From an uncultured Thermoleophilia bacterium (GTDB lineage Bacteria > Actinomycetota > Thermoleophilia > UBA2241), in NCBI GenBank assembly GCA_963784975.1, contig CAWAUK010000016.1, positions 76,374 to 140,373 on the forward strand: DNA of 64,000 bases, given 5' to 3'. A program made the position numbers and the translations under genes. Below the pieces are notes generated by a model that saw only the letters and a list, made by a program, of their open reading frames with translations, ran no database searches and was not told the origin of the DNA. This document shows, one piece after another, positions 37,783 through 47,560 of the stretch; the stretch's first letter is position 1, and the number at the start of each line of letters is the position of its first letter.

Positions 37783-39150
37783 ATGTCGGTACGGCTTGGG
37801 TCGGCCAGGCGGGGGAAATCGACCACAGGACAGGGCTACGACGTGCAGCCGAGTGCCGGACCTGGTCTCAGCGGACGGACGAAGGCCATCACGACGGCAG
37901 CTCTCTTGGCTACCTGCCTCGCGTTCGGCGTCTGGCTGGCCTTCGCCGTGCAGCACAACAGCCCGGTCGACTTCTACGTGTACTACACCGCCGGCGCGCT
38001 GGCTCGCGCCGGCCACAGCTTCTACGCGATCAGTACGCCCGAGTGGGTCAAGGCAGCGCGTGCGCTCGGCGTGACCCACATCACGTGGCCGTACCGTTAC
38101 CCGCCCTACACGGCGGCGCTCGCGAGCCTGCTCGTGCCGCTCGGGCCGCGCGCAGCGATGATCACCTGGGGCGCCGCCAACGCCGCCGCGCTGGTGGCCG
38201 GCGCCGTGGTGCTCGGCATCGCGCTCGGCGGCGGCTGGCGCGTCCCGCTGGCCTTGGCCGTGCTGCTCTTCTTTGGGCCCGCCTACCACACGCTCCTCGA
38301 CGGCCAGGTCAACGGCCTCGTGTTCCTATCGCTGGCGGTGGCGTTCTGGGGCCTCGCCCGCGGCCGCGACCTCCCGCTGGGAGTCGGCATCGCCTTCGCG
38401 GCGGCGCTCAAGCTCACGCCGGTGGCGCTGCTCGCCTACCTCGCCTGGCGGCGGCGTTGGCGCGCGCTGCTCGTGGCCGTGGCCATCCTGGGGGTGCTCA
38501 CCGCGGCGACGCTGCCGGTGACGGGACCGTCAGACTACGTCCAGTACGCGCAGCGCGCCTACGCGCTCACCGACCCCCAGCACGTCAACCCGTCGGGCGC
38601 CAACCAGTCGGCGACCGGCGCTCTCGGACGTCTGTTGCTGCCCTCGGCTACGAAGGTCGACTCGGGCAGCGCCACGCGCACCGTGCAGCTTCTGGCCCAG
38701 GTCTTTGCCGCTGCGCTCCTCGCCGCCACGGCCATCGTCACCTGGCCGCGGCGACGGGCGGACGACGGGCGGCCCGGCCGGCGAGCCGCCACGGACGACG
38801 AACTCCTCGGCTTCGGCATGGTGGTGGCGGCGACGCTGGTGATCGGATCGTTTACCTGGTACCACCAGTTCACCTGGCTGCTGATCCCGCTGCTCCTGAT
38901 CGCCTGCCGGCTCATCGCCGCGCGCCGCTGGTGGCTCGTCGCCGCGCTGGGGGTACTCGTCCTGGGCATGGGCGCCAACGAGCTCCTGTGGATCCGGCTG
39001 CACAGCGTGGTCATCGAATCTGGCTTCTACCGCGGCCTCTCGCTGCCCTTCGCCGCGGCGATCGTCGTCTGGGCAGTGGCGGCGGCGATGATCACCATTC
39101 GTCCCCGCGCGCAGCAGTCAGAGCAGCCCGTGCCGGACAGACAGGAGTGA
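37783..39150 (+). CDS. GT87/DUF2029-type polyprenol-dependent glycosyltransferase-like membrane protein
   Basis: ATG 37783. DFYVYYTAGALARAGHSFY...WPYRYPPYTAALASLL, multi-TM. Confidence 0.7.
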   Translation: MSVRLGSARRGKSTTGQGYDVQPSAGPGLSGRTKAITTAALLATCLAFGVWLAFAVQHNSPVDFYVYYTAGALARAGHSFYAISTPEWVKAARALGVTHITWPYRYPPYTAALASLLVPLGPRAAMITWGAANAAALVAGAVVLGIALGGGWRVPLALAVLLFFGPAYHTLLDGQVNGLVFLSLAVAFWGLARGRDLPLGVGIAFAAALKLTPVALLAYLAWRRRWRALLVAVAILGVLTAATLPVTGPSDYVQYAQRAYALTDPQHVNPSGANQSATGALGRLLLPSATKVDSGSATRTVQLLAQVFAAALLAATAIVTWPRRRADDGRPGRRAATDDELLGFGMVVAATLVIGSFTWYHQFTWLLIPLLLIACRLIAARRWWLVAALGVLVLGMGANELLWIRLHSVVIESGFYRGLSLPFAAAIVVWAVAAAMITIRPRAQQSEQPVPDRQE

Positions 39151-39462
39151 CGTCATCCGGCGGGCGCGAGGACCGCGCCGTGCTTGGGCGTCCGTCAATC
39201 GTCGTCAAACCGCCGGCCGCGCGACGCTGGGCCTCGGCCGCGGTGGTGGACCGGACGTGGGCGCGGCGCCACTTCCCGGTGTGGGTGGCGGAGCTGGACG
39301 GGCGACCCGGGGTTTCGGGCTCGAGATGACCTGCGCCGAGCAGCGGCCCTTGGTCGGACCGCTGGCGACTGGCGGTGGTCGACCGCCGCGGCTCCTTCCC
39401 CCTCCTGAGCGCGGCGGAGGCGGAGCGAAAGGCAGCCTGAACGACGTCGCGCTCAGCGAGGG

Positions 39463-41055
39463 CTACCGGGCACTCACCTGAGCTGCGCTTCGGTCATCAG
39501 AGCTGTGCGCCTGGCCGGACGGCTCCGCTTTGGAGATCAGCATCACGGCGACGTCGTCTTCGAAGGACTGGCCGCCTCGTGCCTCGATTGCCGAGATGAG
39601 GCGCTCGACGCACGCTCCGTCGATCCGCTCGCAGGCCAGCGCCTGAAGGCTCTCGACAAGCCGCTTCTCCCCGTAGCGATCGTGAGAGCCGGGACCGAGG
39701 CGACCCTCGATGAGGCCATCGGTGTAGAAGAAGAGTTGCCAGCCAGCAGGCAGCGCGATGAGTCGCGGCTCCTCGAAGGGCCAGTCGACCGTCCCGATCG
39801 GCGGTATCGGCGGCACCGGCAGGGGCCTCACCGCGTCCGTGATGAGCAGTGGCACGGGGTGGCCGAGGTTCATGAGACGGAGCTCGTCGCGCACCGGGTC
39901 GATCCAGGCAAGGCAGAACGTGGCGAACGTGTTGGGCGACCGGCGCTCGCGCAGAAGGACTGCTTTGAGGCTCTCGACGATGGTCAGCGGATCGGCGCCG
40001 CTCTCGCAGAGCGCCTGCCAGCTGACGCGAAGCATGCTGCCGAGCGCGGCGGCGTTGGGGCCGTGGCCGCTGACGTCGCCGCAGATCACGGCCACGCCAT
40101 CCTCGCCCCGGTCGAGGACATCGATGAAGTCGCCGCTCAGCTCGAGCTCGTGCTCCCCGGGACGGTAGTGAGTGAGGACGCGCAGGCCCTCGGGCTTGAC
40201 CGGGATCGTGGGCATAAGGCCGAGCTCGAGGCGACGGTGAAGCCGCTCCGCCTCGCGCAGGCCGGCCATGGCGACGGCGTGCGGTCGCGCGAGGCCGTCG
40301 TCGACCACCGCCCGAAAGAAGAGCAGGGCGGAGAGCACGACGAAGAGATGGCCGACGAGGTTCGGCCAGGTCGCGACCGTATGGTAGACGCTGAACCACA
40401 GCTCCGCGACGATGCTGGTCACCAGTGCAGCGCGAAGCAGTCGGAAGGAACGCGGCGGCAGCTGATCACGCTTGCGCGACAGGAGAGCGATGGCGAGCGC
40501 GAACAGAAGGCAGATGACGTACTCCGTCACCTTCTTGAAGGGCGTCAGGCCGGCCTGCGTGAGCGTGATGGGGAATATGCCCCACCAGAAGATGCTCGCC
40601 AGCAGGAGCGCGTCGCAGGCCGCGTAGCAGGCGAGCACGAGGCGCAGGTTCAAGCGCCGACCGATCACGAAGGGTGCGACGACGAAGGTCGCCGCCAGCA
40701 GGAGCCGGGCGCCGAGCCAGAGCTGCGTCGGCGGGTCGAGGGAGTGCGAGATCAAGCCAAGGCCGGGATAGTCGGCGAGGTGGATCGTGTGGAGGATGGC
40801 CACGAACACGAACCCGATCCCGAGGAAGACGGGGAAGTCGTCGTCGAGGAACTGGCGCAGCGACCAGGCCATGATGATCACCGTCACGGAGACGATGATG
40901 AAGGCGAGCTCCGCGAGGGTGTGGAACAGCAGGTAAGAGTGCAGACTCGTGAGTGCCAGCAGCGCCAGAAGGACGGCAGCGATCACGGCCGTTCGGCGGT
41001 CGTCGGGCGACCAGGCGATTTCTCCGCGAGTAGCCATACTCCCCGAGCCTAACAC
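39463..41055 (-). CDS. membrane-sensor SpoIIE/PP2C-family serine phosphatase (multi-TM MASE-like N-domain)
   Basis: 7-8 TM N-terminal half. PP2C motifs SGDFIDVL, VICGDVSGHGPNAAALG, FFYTDGLIEG, DDVAVMLI. Start is either 41055 (GTG) or 41037 (ATG). Confidence 0.85.
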   Translation of the reverse strand: MLGSGSMATRGEIAWSPDDRRTAVIAAVLLALLALTSLHSYLLFHTLAELAFIIVSVTVIIMAWSLRQFLDDDFPVFLGIGFVFVAILHTIHLADYPGLGLISHSLDPPTQLWLGARLLLAATFVVAPFVIGRRLNLRLVLACYAACDALLLASIFWWGIFPITLTQAGLTPFKKVTEYVICLLFALAIALLSRKRDQLPPRSFRLLRAALVTSIVAELWFSVYHTVATWPNLVGHLFVVLSALLFFRAVVDDGLARPHAVAMAGLREAERLHRRLELGLMPTIPVKPEGLRVLTHYRPGEHELELSGDFIDVLDRGEDGVAVICGDVSGHGPNAAALGSMLRVSWQALCESGADPLTIVESLKAVLLRERRSPNTFATFCLAWIDPVRDELRLMNLGHPVPLLITDAVRPLPVPPIPPIGTVDWPFEEPRLIALPAGWQLFFYTDGLIEGRLGPGSHDRYGEKRLVESLQALACERIDGACVERLISAIEARGGQSFEDDVAVMLISKAEPSGQAHSSDDRSAAQVSAR

Positions 41056-41220
41056 GGCGGCCGCCGCACGGTGAGGGGCGCGTTGATACCCCTGGTCTGA
41101 GCGCTACCGCTCGATCGGGGAACCAAGGTCAGGATGCTCAAGAACCTCGGCTGAGACCAAACCACTACCCGGCCGCCGGATCCGGCGACGGCCGGCCTCA
41201 ACGGGCGGCGACAGCCAGGC

Positions 41221-41634
41221 TCACGCGGCGTTCACGCCGTCGCGCCCGTCCCCGGCCGGGGCCACCCCCTGGAGGGCCTTCAGATGCTCGTGACGGCTGT
41301 GCGCGCGCACTGCGGCGCGCTTGCGCCGCGCGAAGGCCGCCATGCGGCAGCGGTCGCTGCAGAACTTGCGCGCCGGGTTGGCCGTCTCGAACACTGAGCC
41401 GCAGCGCGCGCAGGCACCTTCGCTGAGAGGGCTCGGCGTCGAGCGCTTCCGAGCGGCCGCGAGGTGGGCATGGACGGCGCAGAACTTCGACGGGTTGTAG
41501 ACCGAGAGGATCGTCTCGCACTCACTGTGGCCGCAGAGGCGGCCGCTCTGGTAGGAGCGCACCCGGCACCCCGGTGAGGGCGCCGCCGCCCGCGTGCCGA
41601 TGATCCGCGATGTGCCCGAGATCCGCGTGCCCAT
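41221..41634 (-). CDS. Cys-rich zinc-ribbon-like hypothetical protein
   Basis: CGHSECETILSVYNPSKFCAVH and CARCGSVFETANPARKFCSDRCRMAAFARRKR. Confidence 0.5.
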   Translation of the reverse strand: MGTRISGTSRIIGTRAAAPSPGCRVRSYQSGRLCGHSECETILSVYNPSKFCAVHAHLAAARKRSTPSPLSEGACARCGSVFETANPARKFCSDRCRMAAFARRKRAAVRAHSRHEHLKALQGVAPAGDGRDGVNAA

Positions 41635-41766
41635 GCCCGTCCTTCCTGTTGCCGTCCGTCGGCGCGAGACCGGTCACGCCGCCTGCCGCCGCAAGCATAC
41701 GGAGCGGCGAAGGTCCGTACATCGGGCAGAGGGACCTACTTGAGGTGGCCAGAAGGACCCTCTCGG

Positions 41767-41888
41767 CATCGGTCAGACGGTCCAGAGAGTCGGGATCGCG
41801 GCTGAACCGTTCGTTGCGAGGATCCACATCGGTCAGACGGTCCAGAGAGTCGGGATCGCGGCTGAACCGTTCGTTGCGAGGATCCACA
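41767..41888. repeat. perfect 60-bp tandem duplication (2 copies)
   Basis: 41767-41828 is identical to 41827-41888 (period 60). Unit: catcggtcagacggtccagagagtcgggatcgcggctgaaccgttcgttgcgaggatcca. Confidence 0.97.
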
Positions 41889-42060
41889 ATGACTCTACCG
41901 ATGTCGTGCCGTGCCACCATCGATCGCCCTCTGACCGGCGCCTGCTGCCGACAGTGCTTCGGGGGACCGCGATCCGCGTACAACGGCGCCAATTCGATCG
42001 GAGCGGGTGTGTGGGTATCAACTCTCCCAATGAAGGGCCCACGAGGGAGAGACCGAGGAC

Positions 42061-42429
42061 ATGCAGCGACGGGACTTTCGCATCGACGTTCTGAGGGAAG
42101 ATGAGGACGTGGCCGTCCTGCGCATCGCCGGCGAAATAGACCTCTGCAGCAGCTTCTCATTCAGAGAGCAGATCAGCCGGACCGTCGAGGGCGGCGCCGC
42201 AAAGGTGGTGCTCGACCTGAGTGAGGTCGTCCTCATCGACTCGGCGGGCCTGAGCGTCCTCGCAAGCATCGCGCGCCACCTGTTCCTCGAGGCCCGTGAG
42301 CTCGTCGTGGTCTGTCGAGAGAGCAGACTCCGTCGGGTGCTGGCGAGCGCCGGCCTGGACCGCCTCGTTCCCGTGCTGACCGCAGACGCTGACCTCCTCG
42401 GCGGCCCGGCGAGCCCATCAGCAGCGTAA
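42061..42429 (+). CDS. STAS-domain anti-sigma-factor antagonist (SpoIIAA/RsbV-like)
   Basis: VAVLRIAGEIDLCSSFSFREQI...VVLDLSEVVLIDSAGLSVLASI, with the phosphorylatable Ser in IDSAGL. Confidence 0.85.
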   Translation: MQRRDFRIDVLREDEDVAVLRIAGEIDLCSSFSFREQISRTVEGGAAKVVLDLSEVVLIDSAGLSVLASIARHLFLEARELVVVCRESRLRRVLASAGLDRLVPVLTADADLLGGPASPSAA

Positions 42430-42796
42430 CCCAAAAGCGAGCTGCTGGATCTGCGGGAAGCCGCAGGCTCGACTTCACTCGTGCGGCTCCTCCGCCGCAG
42501 TCAAATGGACTCGAAGTGACCCCCAGCGACCCCGAATAGCACCCTCGGGTGTTCGGACTCCACGCCGTCGCGCGCGCAGGCTATGATGGACCGCCGTTCC
42601 TCAGGAGGCTGGCCGGAGGTCCGGACCCTCGCGCAGAGGCAAGCGCGTTCTTCACAGGTCAGAAGGAGGCCCCTGTGGAAGGCCAAGCGACCGTCAACAA
42701 GGTCGGCCTCTGGTCGGCAATGTGTTGCGCCTTACGGCCGCACGTTCACGTCACGGCTCCGGCTGGGAAGAACGGCACCATGGGGAGGGGAGAGCC

Positions 42797-43835
42797 ATGG
42801 TGACGTGGGTCGGGGCGGCGGTCGCCCTGTTCGCGCTCACCCTCGCGGGCTCGGCGCTCCTCACGCTGCGGCTCGTGCGCAAGGCGGAGGCGGACTACCC
42901 GCCCGCCGGGCGCAGGCGTCGAGGTCGAGGGGATGCGGCTCCACTACCTCGACCGCGGTCAGGGCCCGCCCGTCGTCCTCGTCCACGGCCTGAGAGGCTC
43001 GGCCTACGATTTCGAGGTCTCGATCAGCGCAGGCCTCGCGCGCGACCACCGCGTCATCGCCTTCGACCGCCCGGGCAACGGCTACAGCGACCGGCTCCCC
43101 GACGAGCGGCAGTCGCTCTTCGCCGAGGCCCGACAGCTGCACGCCGCCGCGCTGAGGCTGGGCCTGAGGCGTCCGCTGCTCGTCGGCTACTCGCTGGGCG
43201 CCGCCGTGGCGGTCGCCTACGCGGACGCCTATCCCGAGGACGTGGCCGGGGTCGTCACCATCGCCGGTCACGTCATGCCCTACCGGGCCCACCTCGGGCC
43301 GCTCGCCTTCTTCGCCGGGCGTCCGCTGATCGCCGGCGTCGCGAGCAACACGCTCCTGGTCCCGGTCGGCCGGCTGGTGGGCCGCCTGCTCCTCAAGCGG
43401 GCCTGCTCGCCGCAGCCCCTGCCCTCCTCCTACGCGGAGGCAGCCCTGGCCATGGCGCTCAGGCCGCGCACGTTCCGCTACGCTCCTGGGGAGCTGTGCC
43501 GCTCCGCCGACGAGCTGCGCGTGCTGGCTCGGCGCTACGGCCGACTCCCGGTCCACGTGACCGTGCTCGTGGGCCGCCGGGACGCCGTCGCGAGCGTCAA
43601 CGAGGCCCGCTACTTCCATGAGCGTCTCGCACGCTCCACGCTCGTCGTGGTGCCCGACGGCGGACACGCGCTGCACGCGACCCATCCGGATCTCGTCGAA
43701 GCGGCCGTGCGGGGAGCCGGCGATCAGGCAGCGGACGGCCATCGTGGAAGCGATCGCCGTGGGACTCGAGGCCGGTCCGCGTCTCCTCAGGATGGATCGT
43801 CGCTCGAGGTCCCGTTGTCGACTCACGGCGCCTGA
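42797..43835 (+). pseudogene. membrane-anchored alpha/beta hydrolase, frame break after the anchor
   Basis: MVTWVGAAVALFALTLAGSALLTLRLVRKAEADYPPAG (frame 42797) runs into ..GAGVEVEGMRLHYLDRGQGPPVVLVHG...GYSLGA (frame 42933). The break is at about 42905-42920. Confidence 0.65.
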
Positions 43836-43908
43836 CGCTCTCACCGTAGTCACGGCGAAGGGATGCACCTGAGGCTCGGATGGACCGGCACGAGGCTTCT
43901 GCTCACAC

Positions 43909-44505
43909 GTGAAGGAAACGAGGCGAGATATGAGGTTCGACAAGGAGCGATTCGAGAGGCCAGACCCTCTCGCGCGGGTCATCGTCCTCACCGCGGACAA
44001 GTTCGAGGACTTTGAGCTCTTCGTTCCCTACTTCCGCCTGATGGAGGAGGGCGTGGCGGTCGATGTCGCGGCGCCCGCAAGGGAGACGCTCACCGGGGAG
44101 AACGGGTACTACTTCGAGAACGTGGACCTCACCATCGATGAGGTCGATCCGCAGAAGTACGACCTCCTGTTCGTCCCCGGCGGGCATCCACACGGCGCTC
44201 CGACGACGGTCCGGAACAACAAGCACGCTCGAGAGATCGCGCGGGCGTTCTTCGAGGCCGACAAACCGGTGGCGGCGATCTGTCACGGCCCCTACCTCCT
44301 GGTCTCCGCCGATCTCGTCGCCGGACGGCGTCTCACCTCCTACTGGGGCGACGGCGTGCCCGACGAGATCAGGGCGGCCGGCGGCATCTACGTGGACGAG
44401 GACGTCGTCGTCGACGGCAACCTCATCACCTCCCGCTGGCCGATGGATCTGCCGGCGTTCCTGAAGGAAGTGATGCGCACGCTGAGGACGCGCAGCGCAC
44501 AATGA
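43909..44505 (+). CDS. DJ-1/PfpI-family protein
   Basis: Nucleophile elbow PVAAICHGPYLL and LFVPGGH. Confidence 0.88.
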   Translation: MKETRRDMRFDKERFERPDPLARVIVLTADKFEDFELFVPYFRLMEEGVAVDVAAPARETLTGENGYYFENVDLTIDEVDPQKYDLLFVPGGHPHGAPTTVRNNKHAREIARAFFEADKPVAAICHGPYLLVSADLVAGRRLTSYWGDGVPDEIRAAGGIYVDEDVVVDGNLITSRWPMDLPAFLKEVMRTLRTRSAQ

Positions 44506-44524
44506 CCGGTGAGACCAGGCTTGG

Positions 44525-45061
44525 GTGCTAGGGTCTCACGCAGAACGGGCAGCCGATGTCGGGTTCTCGCGCACTATGGCGAATGCCTGTTCGGCGGGCG
44601 CCAAGGGCGTGTCCACATCCGAGCGGCGAAAGGACCTCTGGAGGGCGTTGGTGGCTCGGCTCGTCCGCTGGCTCGACATCGCGATCTTCCTGGGCTTCAC
44701 GGCCTATGTCCTCGTGACCGCGCCCCGCGAGGGCAACTGGTACGCCGGGCTCGCCGTCGCGGCAGTGTGCACTCCCTTCTGGGTCGCGGCGCGCTGGCAG
44801 CTCGGCGCTTCGTTCTCGGTGAGGCCTGATGCCCGGCGCCTCGTCACGAGCGGGCTCTACTCCAAGCTCCGGCATCCGGTCTACGTCTTCGGCACGCCGG
44901 CGGTCATGGGCGTCCTTGTCGCGCTGCTCGGCTGGAAGGCCCTGGTCATCGCCGTCATCCTGGTGCCAGTCGAGATCGTGCGCGCGCGTCGCGAGGAGGC
45001 CGTGCTTGCGGAGACGTTCGGGTCGCAGTACATCGCCTACAGGGAGCGCACCTGGTTCTAG
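44525..45061 (+). CDS. isoprenylcysteine carboxyl / phospholipid methyltransferase-family membrane protein
   Basis: LVTSGLYSKLRHPVYVFG...RREEAVLAETFGSQYIAYRERT. Confidence 0.8.
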   Translation: MLGSHAERAADVGFSRTMANACSAGAKGVSTSERRKDLWRALVARLVRWLDIAIFLGFTAYVLVTAPREGNWYAGLAVAAVCTPFWVAARWQLGASFSVRPDARRLVTSGLYSKLRHPVYVFGTPAVMGVLVALLGWKALVIAVILVPVEIVRARREEAVLAETFGSQYIAYRERTWF

Positions 45062-45129
45062 GCCCTGTCGCGGATCTCAGGCGCCGTGTGAGCTCAAGTC
45101 GGAAACGCAACGCCGGCGACCAGCCGCCC

Positions 45130-46674
45130 TCACACCGTCGTCGTTCGGAACTCCGCGCCGTCCCGTTTGCAGACGAGCTGCAGCACCTCTCGCGCCGTCA
45201 TGACGCCGGTCGGCAGGCCGCCGCCGGGCTGCACCCACTGCCCGACCATGTAGAAGTCGTCCAGACCGGGCAGGCGCCGCGGCAGCCCCTTCAGCAGGTA
45301 GCCCGGCGTCGGCATCCATCCCTCGAAGCTGGCGCGCCAGTTGCCGGTGTAGTGGACGGTCGTCGCCGGCGTGGCGACGTCGACCATCTCCACCTCGTCC
45401 TTCAGGCCCGGGAAGCGGCGGTCGAGGGCGCGCACGACGGCCTCGCCGATGCGCGCCTTCTCGGCTTTGTACTCTTGCCTGTCCCGCTCCCCCAGCTCGA
45501 GCCAGTACGGCCCGTCGGCCTCGATGGTGACGGTGATGACGGTCTTGCCCTCGGGAGCCATGGCCGGGTCGAAGTTGAAGATGCGCACGGCCAGCTCCTG
45601 CGCCAGCACGGCGCCGGCGCCGATGGGCTCGTCCACGGTCAGGTGCAGCCCCGAGATGCGCTGCGTCTCGCCGGCGAAGTCGCGCGCCACACCCACGCCG
45701 ACGAACAGGATCGGGTAGAAGAGCGGCAGCGTGTCGCGCTCGTAGACGCCGCGCAGCTCGTCGTCGAGATACGTGCCGCCCAGCATCTCGTAGATGGTCG
45801 CGTGGCCGTCGGCCGCGGAGATGACGATCTCGGCCGGCTCCTGCGAACCGTCGGCGAGCTCGACGCCCGCGGCGCGGTCGGCGCCGCCGGTGCGCTGGGT
45901 GAGGATCCGCGTCACGCGCGTGTCGTAGCGGATCTCACCGCCGAGCTCCCTGTAGCGGCGCTCGACATTGTGGGCCATGGGGAGTGAGCCGCCGAGCGGA
46001 TAGCCGGCCGCGCCGGCGTGGAGCCAGGCCCAGGTGCCAAGGAGCGCCATGGCCCCCATCGGCGCCGGCATGAGCGAGCGGATGGCGTCGCGCAGCAGTG
46101 GAGACTGGAAGCGGTCCGCGAGCTCCCCGATCGTGAGCTTGCCCCAGCGGCGCGCCACGAGCGCCCACGGCAGCATGCGCGGGCCGACACGCAGCGTGTC
46201 GCGCCGGCGCATGAGTTCGCGCGGCGGCAGGTCCGAAGGCAGGTCGGCGGCGGCCAGCCGCCGGGTGTCCTTGAGCAGCCGCTTGACCAGGTCGGCATCG
46301 GCGGGCGACAGTCCGCAGAGCTCTGCCTCGAGGCGGTCGAGGTCCCGCCAGAACGTGACCCGCTGCCCGTCGGCGCCCTCGTACTCCACCCACACGTCCA
46401 GATCGACGACCTGGCGGTCGCGCAGGAGTCCCACCTCCTGCCAGAGCTTGTTCATGCTCGCCTTGGGCGACGAGCCCACGAGCCAGTGGATGCAGTAGTC
46501 GACGGTGTAGCCCTTGCGCTCCCAGGCGGTCATGAGGCCGCCGGGCAGGTCGTGCATCTCGTAGATGCGCGACCGGTAGCCGTTCATCTGCGCATAGCAG
46601 CCGGCGCACAGTCCGGCGATGCCGCCGCCGATGATCGCGACCGACTTGCCCGAGTGATCAGATCCGTCGTTCAT
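45130..46674 (-). CDS. phytoene-desaturase-family NAD(P)/FAD-dependent oxidoreductase
   Basis: VAIIGGGIAGLCAGCYA...YEMHDLPGGL and C-terminal FYMVGQWVQPGGGLP. Confidence 0.88.
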   Translation of the reverse strand: MNDGSDHSGKSVAIIGGGIAGLCAGCYAQMNGYRSRIYEMHDLPGGLMTAWERKGYTVDYCIHWLVGSSPKASMNKLWQEVGLLRDRQVVDLDVWVEYEGADGQRVTFWRDLDRLEAELCGLSPADADLVKRLLKDTRRLAAADLPSDLPPRELMRRRDTLRVGPRMLPWALVARRWGKLTIGELADRFQSPLLRDAIRSLMPAPMGAMALLGTWAWLHAGAAGYPLGGSLPMAHNVERRYRELGGEIRYDTRVTRILTQRTGGADRAAGVELADGSQEPAEIVISAADGHATIYEMLGGTYLDDELRGVYERDTLPLFYPILFVGVGVARDFAGETQRISGLHLTVDEPIGAGAVLAQELAVRIFNFDPAMAPEGKTVITVTIEADGPYWLELGERDRQEYKAEKARIGEAVVRALDRRFPGLKDEVEMVDVATPATTVHYTGNWRASFEGWMPTPGYLLKGLPRRLPGLDDFYMVGQWVQPGGGLPTGVMTAREVLQLVCKRDGAEFRTTTV

Positions 46675-47038
46675 GGAGACCTCCGCCCATCATGTTGTCC
46701 CTGCGACGGGTCCAGGCTGCATGCCCATCACGACGAAACGCGCATCGGGCAAGCAGAAGACTCCAGCGCGAGCACGCCCAACTGCGCAGCCAGACCCGGC
46801 TGAATGTAGCACGGTCCGACGGTCGCGAGCACCGTCAACGTTTGAGCCGCGGCCTGGAAGCAGCCCGGGTTCGACCCGCCGACGGCGTGGAGGCTCGCCT
46901 GATTCTTCTTGCGGGCCGGGTTCGCCTTGGCAAGGTTGTGTTCCAGGCCGGCGCGGACAAGAGCCTTGAGGGCGCGCTCGCTGCCCGGCCCTTGGTGCGG
47001 GCATTTCGAGCTCACGCCGGTCCGCGCCCAGAAACGGG

Positions 47039-47078
47039 AAGGGGCCGGGCAGGTCTGTTGCTCCCGCCCGGCCCCCTT
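47039..47078 (-). terminator. GC-rich hairpin downstream of the 47098-47409 gene
   Basis: AAGGGGCCGGGC (47039-47050) pairs with GCCCGGCCCCCTT (47066-47078) with one bulge and a 15-nt loop. On the minus strand it is followed by CCCGTTTCTGG. Confidence 0.45.
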
Positions 47079-47097
47079 GTCACTCGCAGTCTCAGTC

Positions 47098-47409
47098 TCA
47101 GGCGGCCCGGCGGCCTGACTCGCGGCCGAACTGCTGCTGCTCCAGCACCTCGGTGATGCGGTGTCCCGCATTGGACACGGTCCGGCTGGCGGAGCCCTTC
47201 CAGACTTCCTCCAACCGGCCCGCGAAGGTCTCGGCCTCGCCCAGGGTGTCGAACTCGAGCTCGCCGATCACCGTGTGCTCGTCGTCCACGGGTCGTTCGA
47301 TGCTCACTCGGCGTACGCCGGACGCCTCGCGGCCGAGCGGGTCGCTGTCGTAGATCTTCTTCCACTCCGCATAGTCGGAGACGGTGTGCCAGTAGTTCAG
47401 GACGTACAT
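47098..47409 (-). CDS. small (~100 aa) ferredoxin-fold-like protein, paralog family member 1
   Basis: YDSDPLGREASGVRRVSIERPVDDEHTVIGELEFDTLGEAETF closely parallels the ORF at 52276-52560. Confidence 0.7.
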   Translation of the reverse strand: MYVLNYWHTVSDYAEWKKIYDSDPLGREASGVRRVSIERPVDDEHTVIGELEFDTLGEAETFAGRLEEVWKGSASRTVSNAGHRITEVLEQQQFGRESGRRAA

Positions 47410-47560
47410 GATGGTACCTCTCGTCCGGGATGCTCAGGATGTCCGTCTATACCCCGAAATGCGCAACGAAGGACGTCGCGGCGTTCTGGTGCATCGGCGA
47501 GAGGGACCCGCGCAGGCAGGGCGCTGACCGAGAGATCGGTGCCGCGCCGGATCGACTGAT

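Noticed and set aside
39190-39480. GNAT-like N-terminal fragment (..IVVKPPAARRW....FPVWVAELDGRPG..) spread over two or three frames after the GT87 gene
   Set aside because: No motif A could be assembled convincingly from any frame combination. It may be a decayed acetyltransferase, but the evidence is thin.
41767-41888. CRISPR-like or minisatellite array
   Set aside because: There are only two copies, directly abutting with no spacers, and no cas genes in the window.
46840-46900. tRNA/tmRNA- or SRP-RNA-like strings (gggttcgaccc, ggaagcagcc) in the gene-free 46675-47097 region
   Set aside because: The putative T-arm stems do not pair (CCGGG versus CGCCG), no acceptor or anticodon arms can be drawn, and the SRP motif context is wrong. 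The region also gives ..RALKALVRAGLEH.. on the minus strand, too weak to call an integrase remnant.
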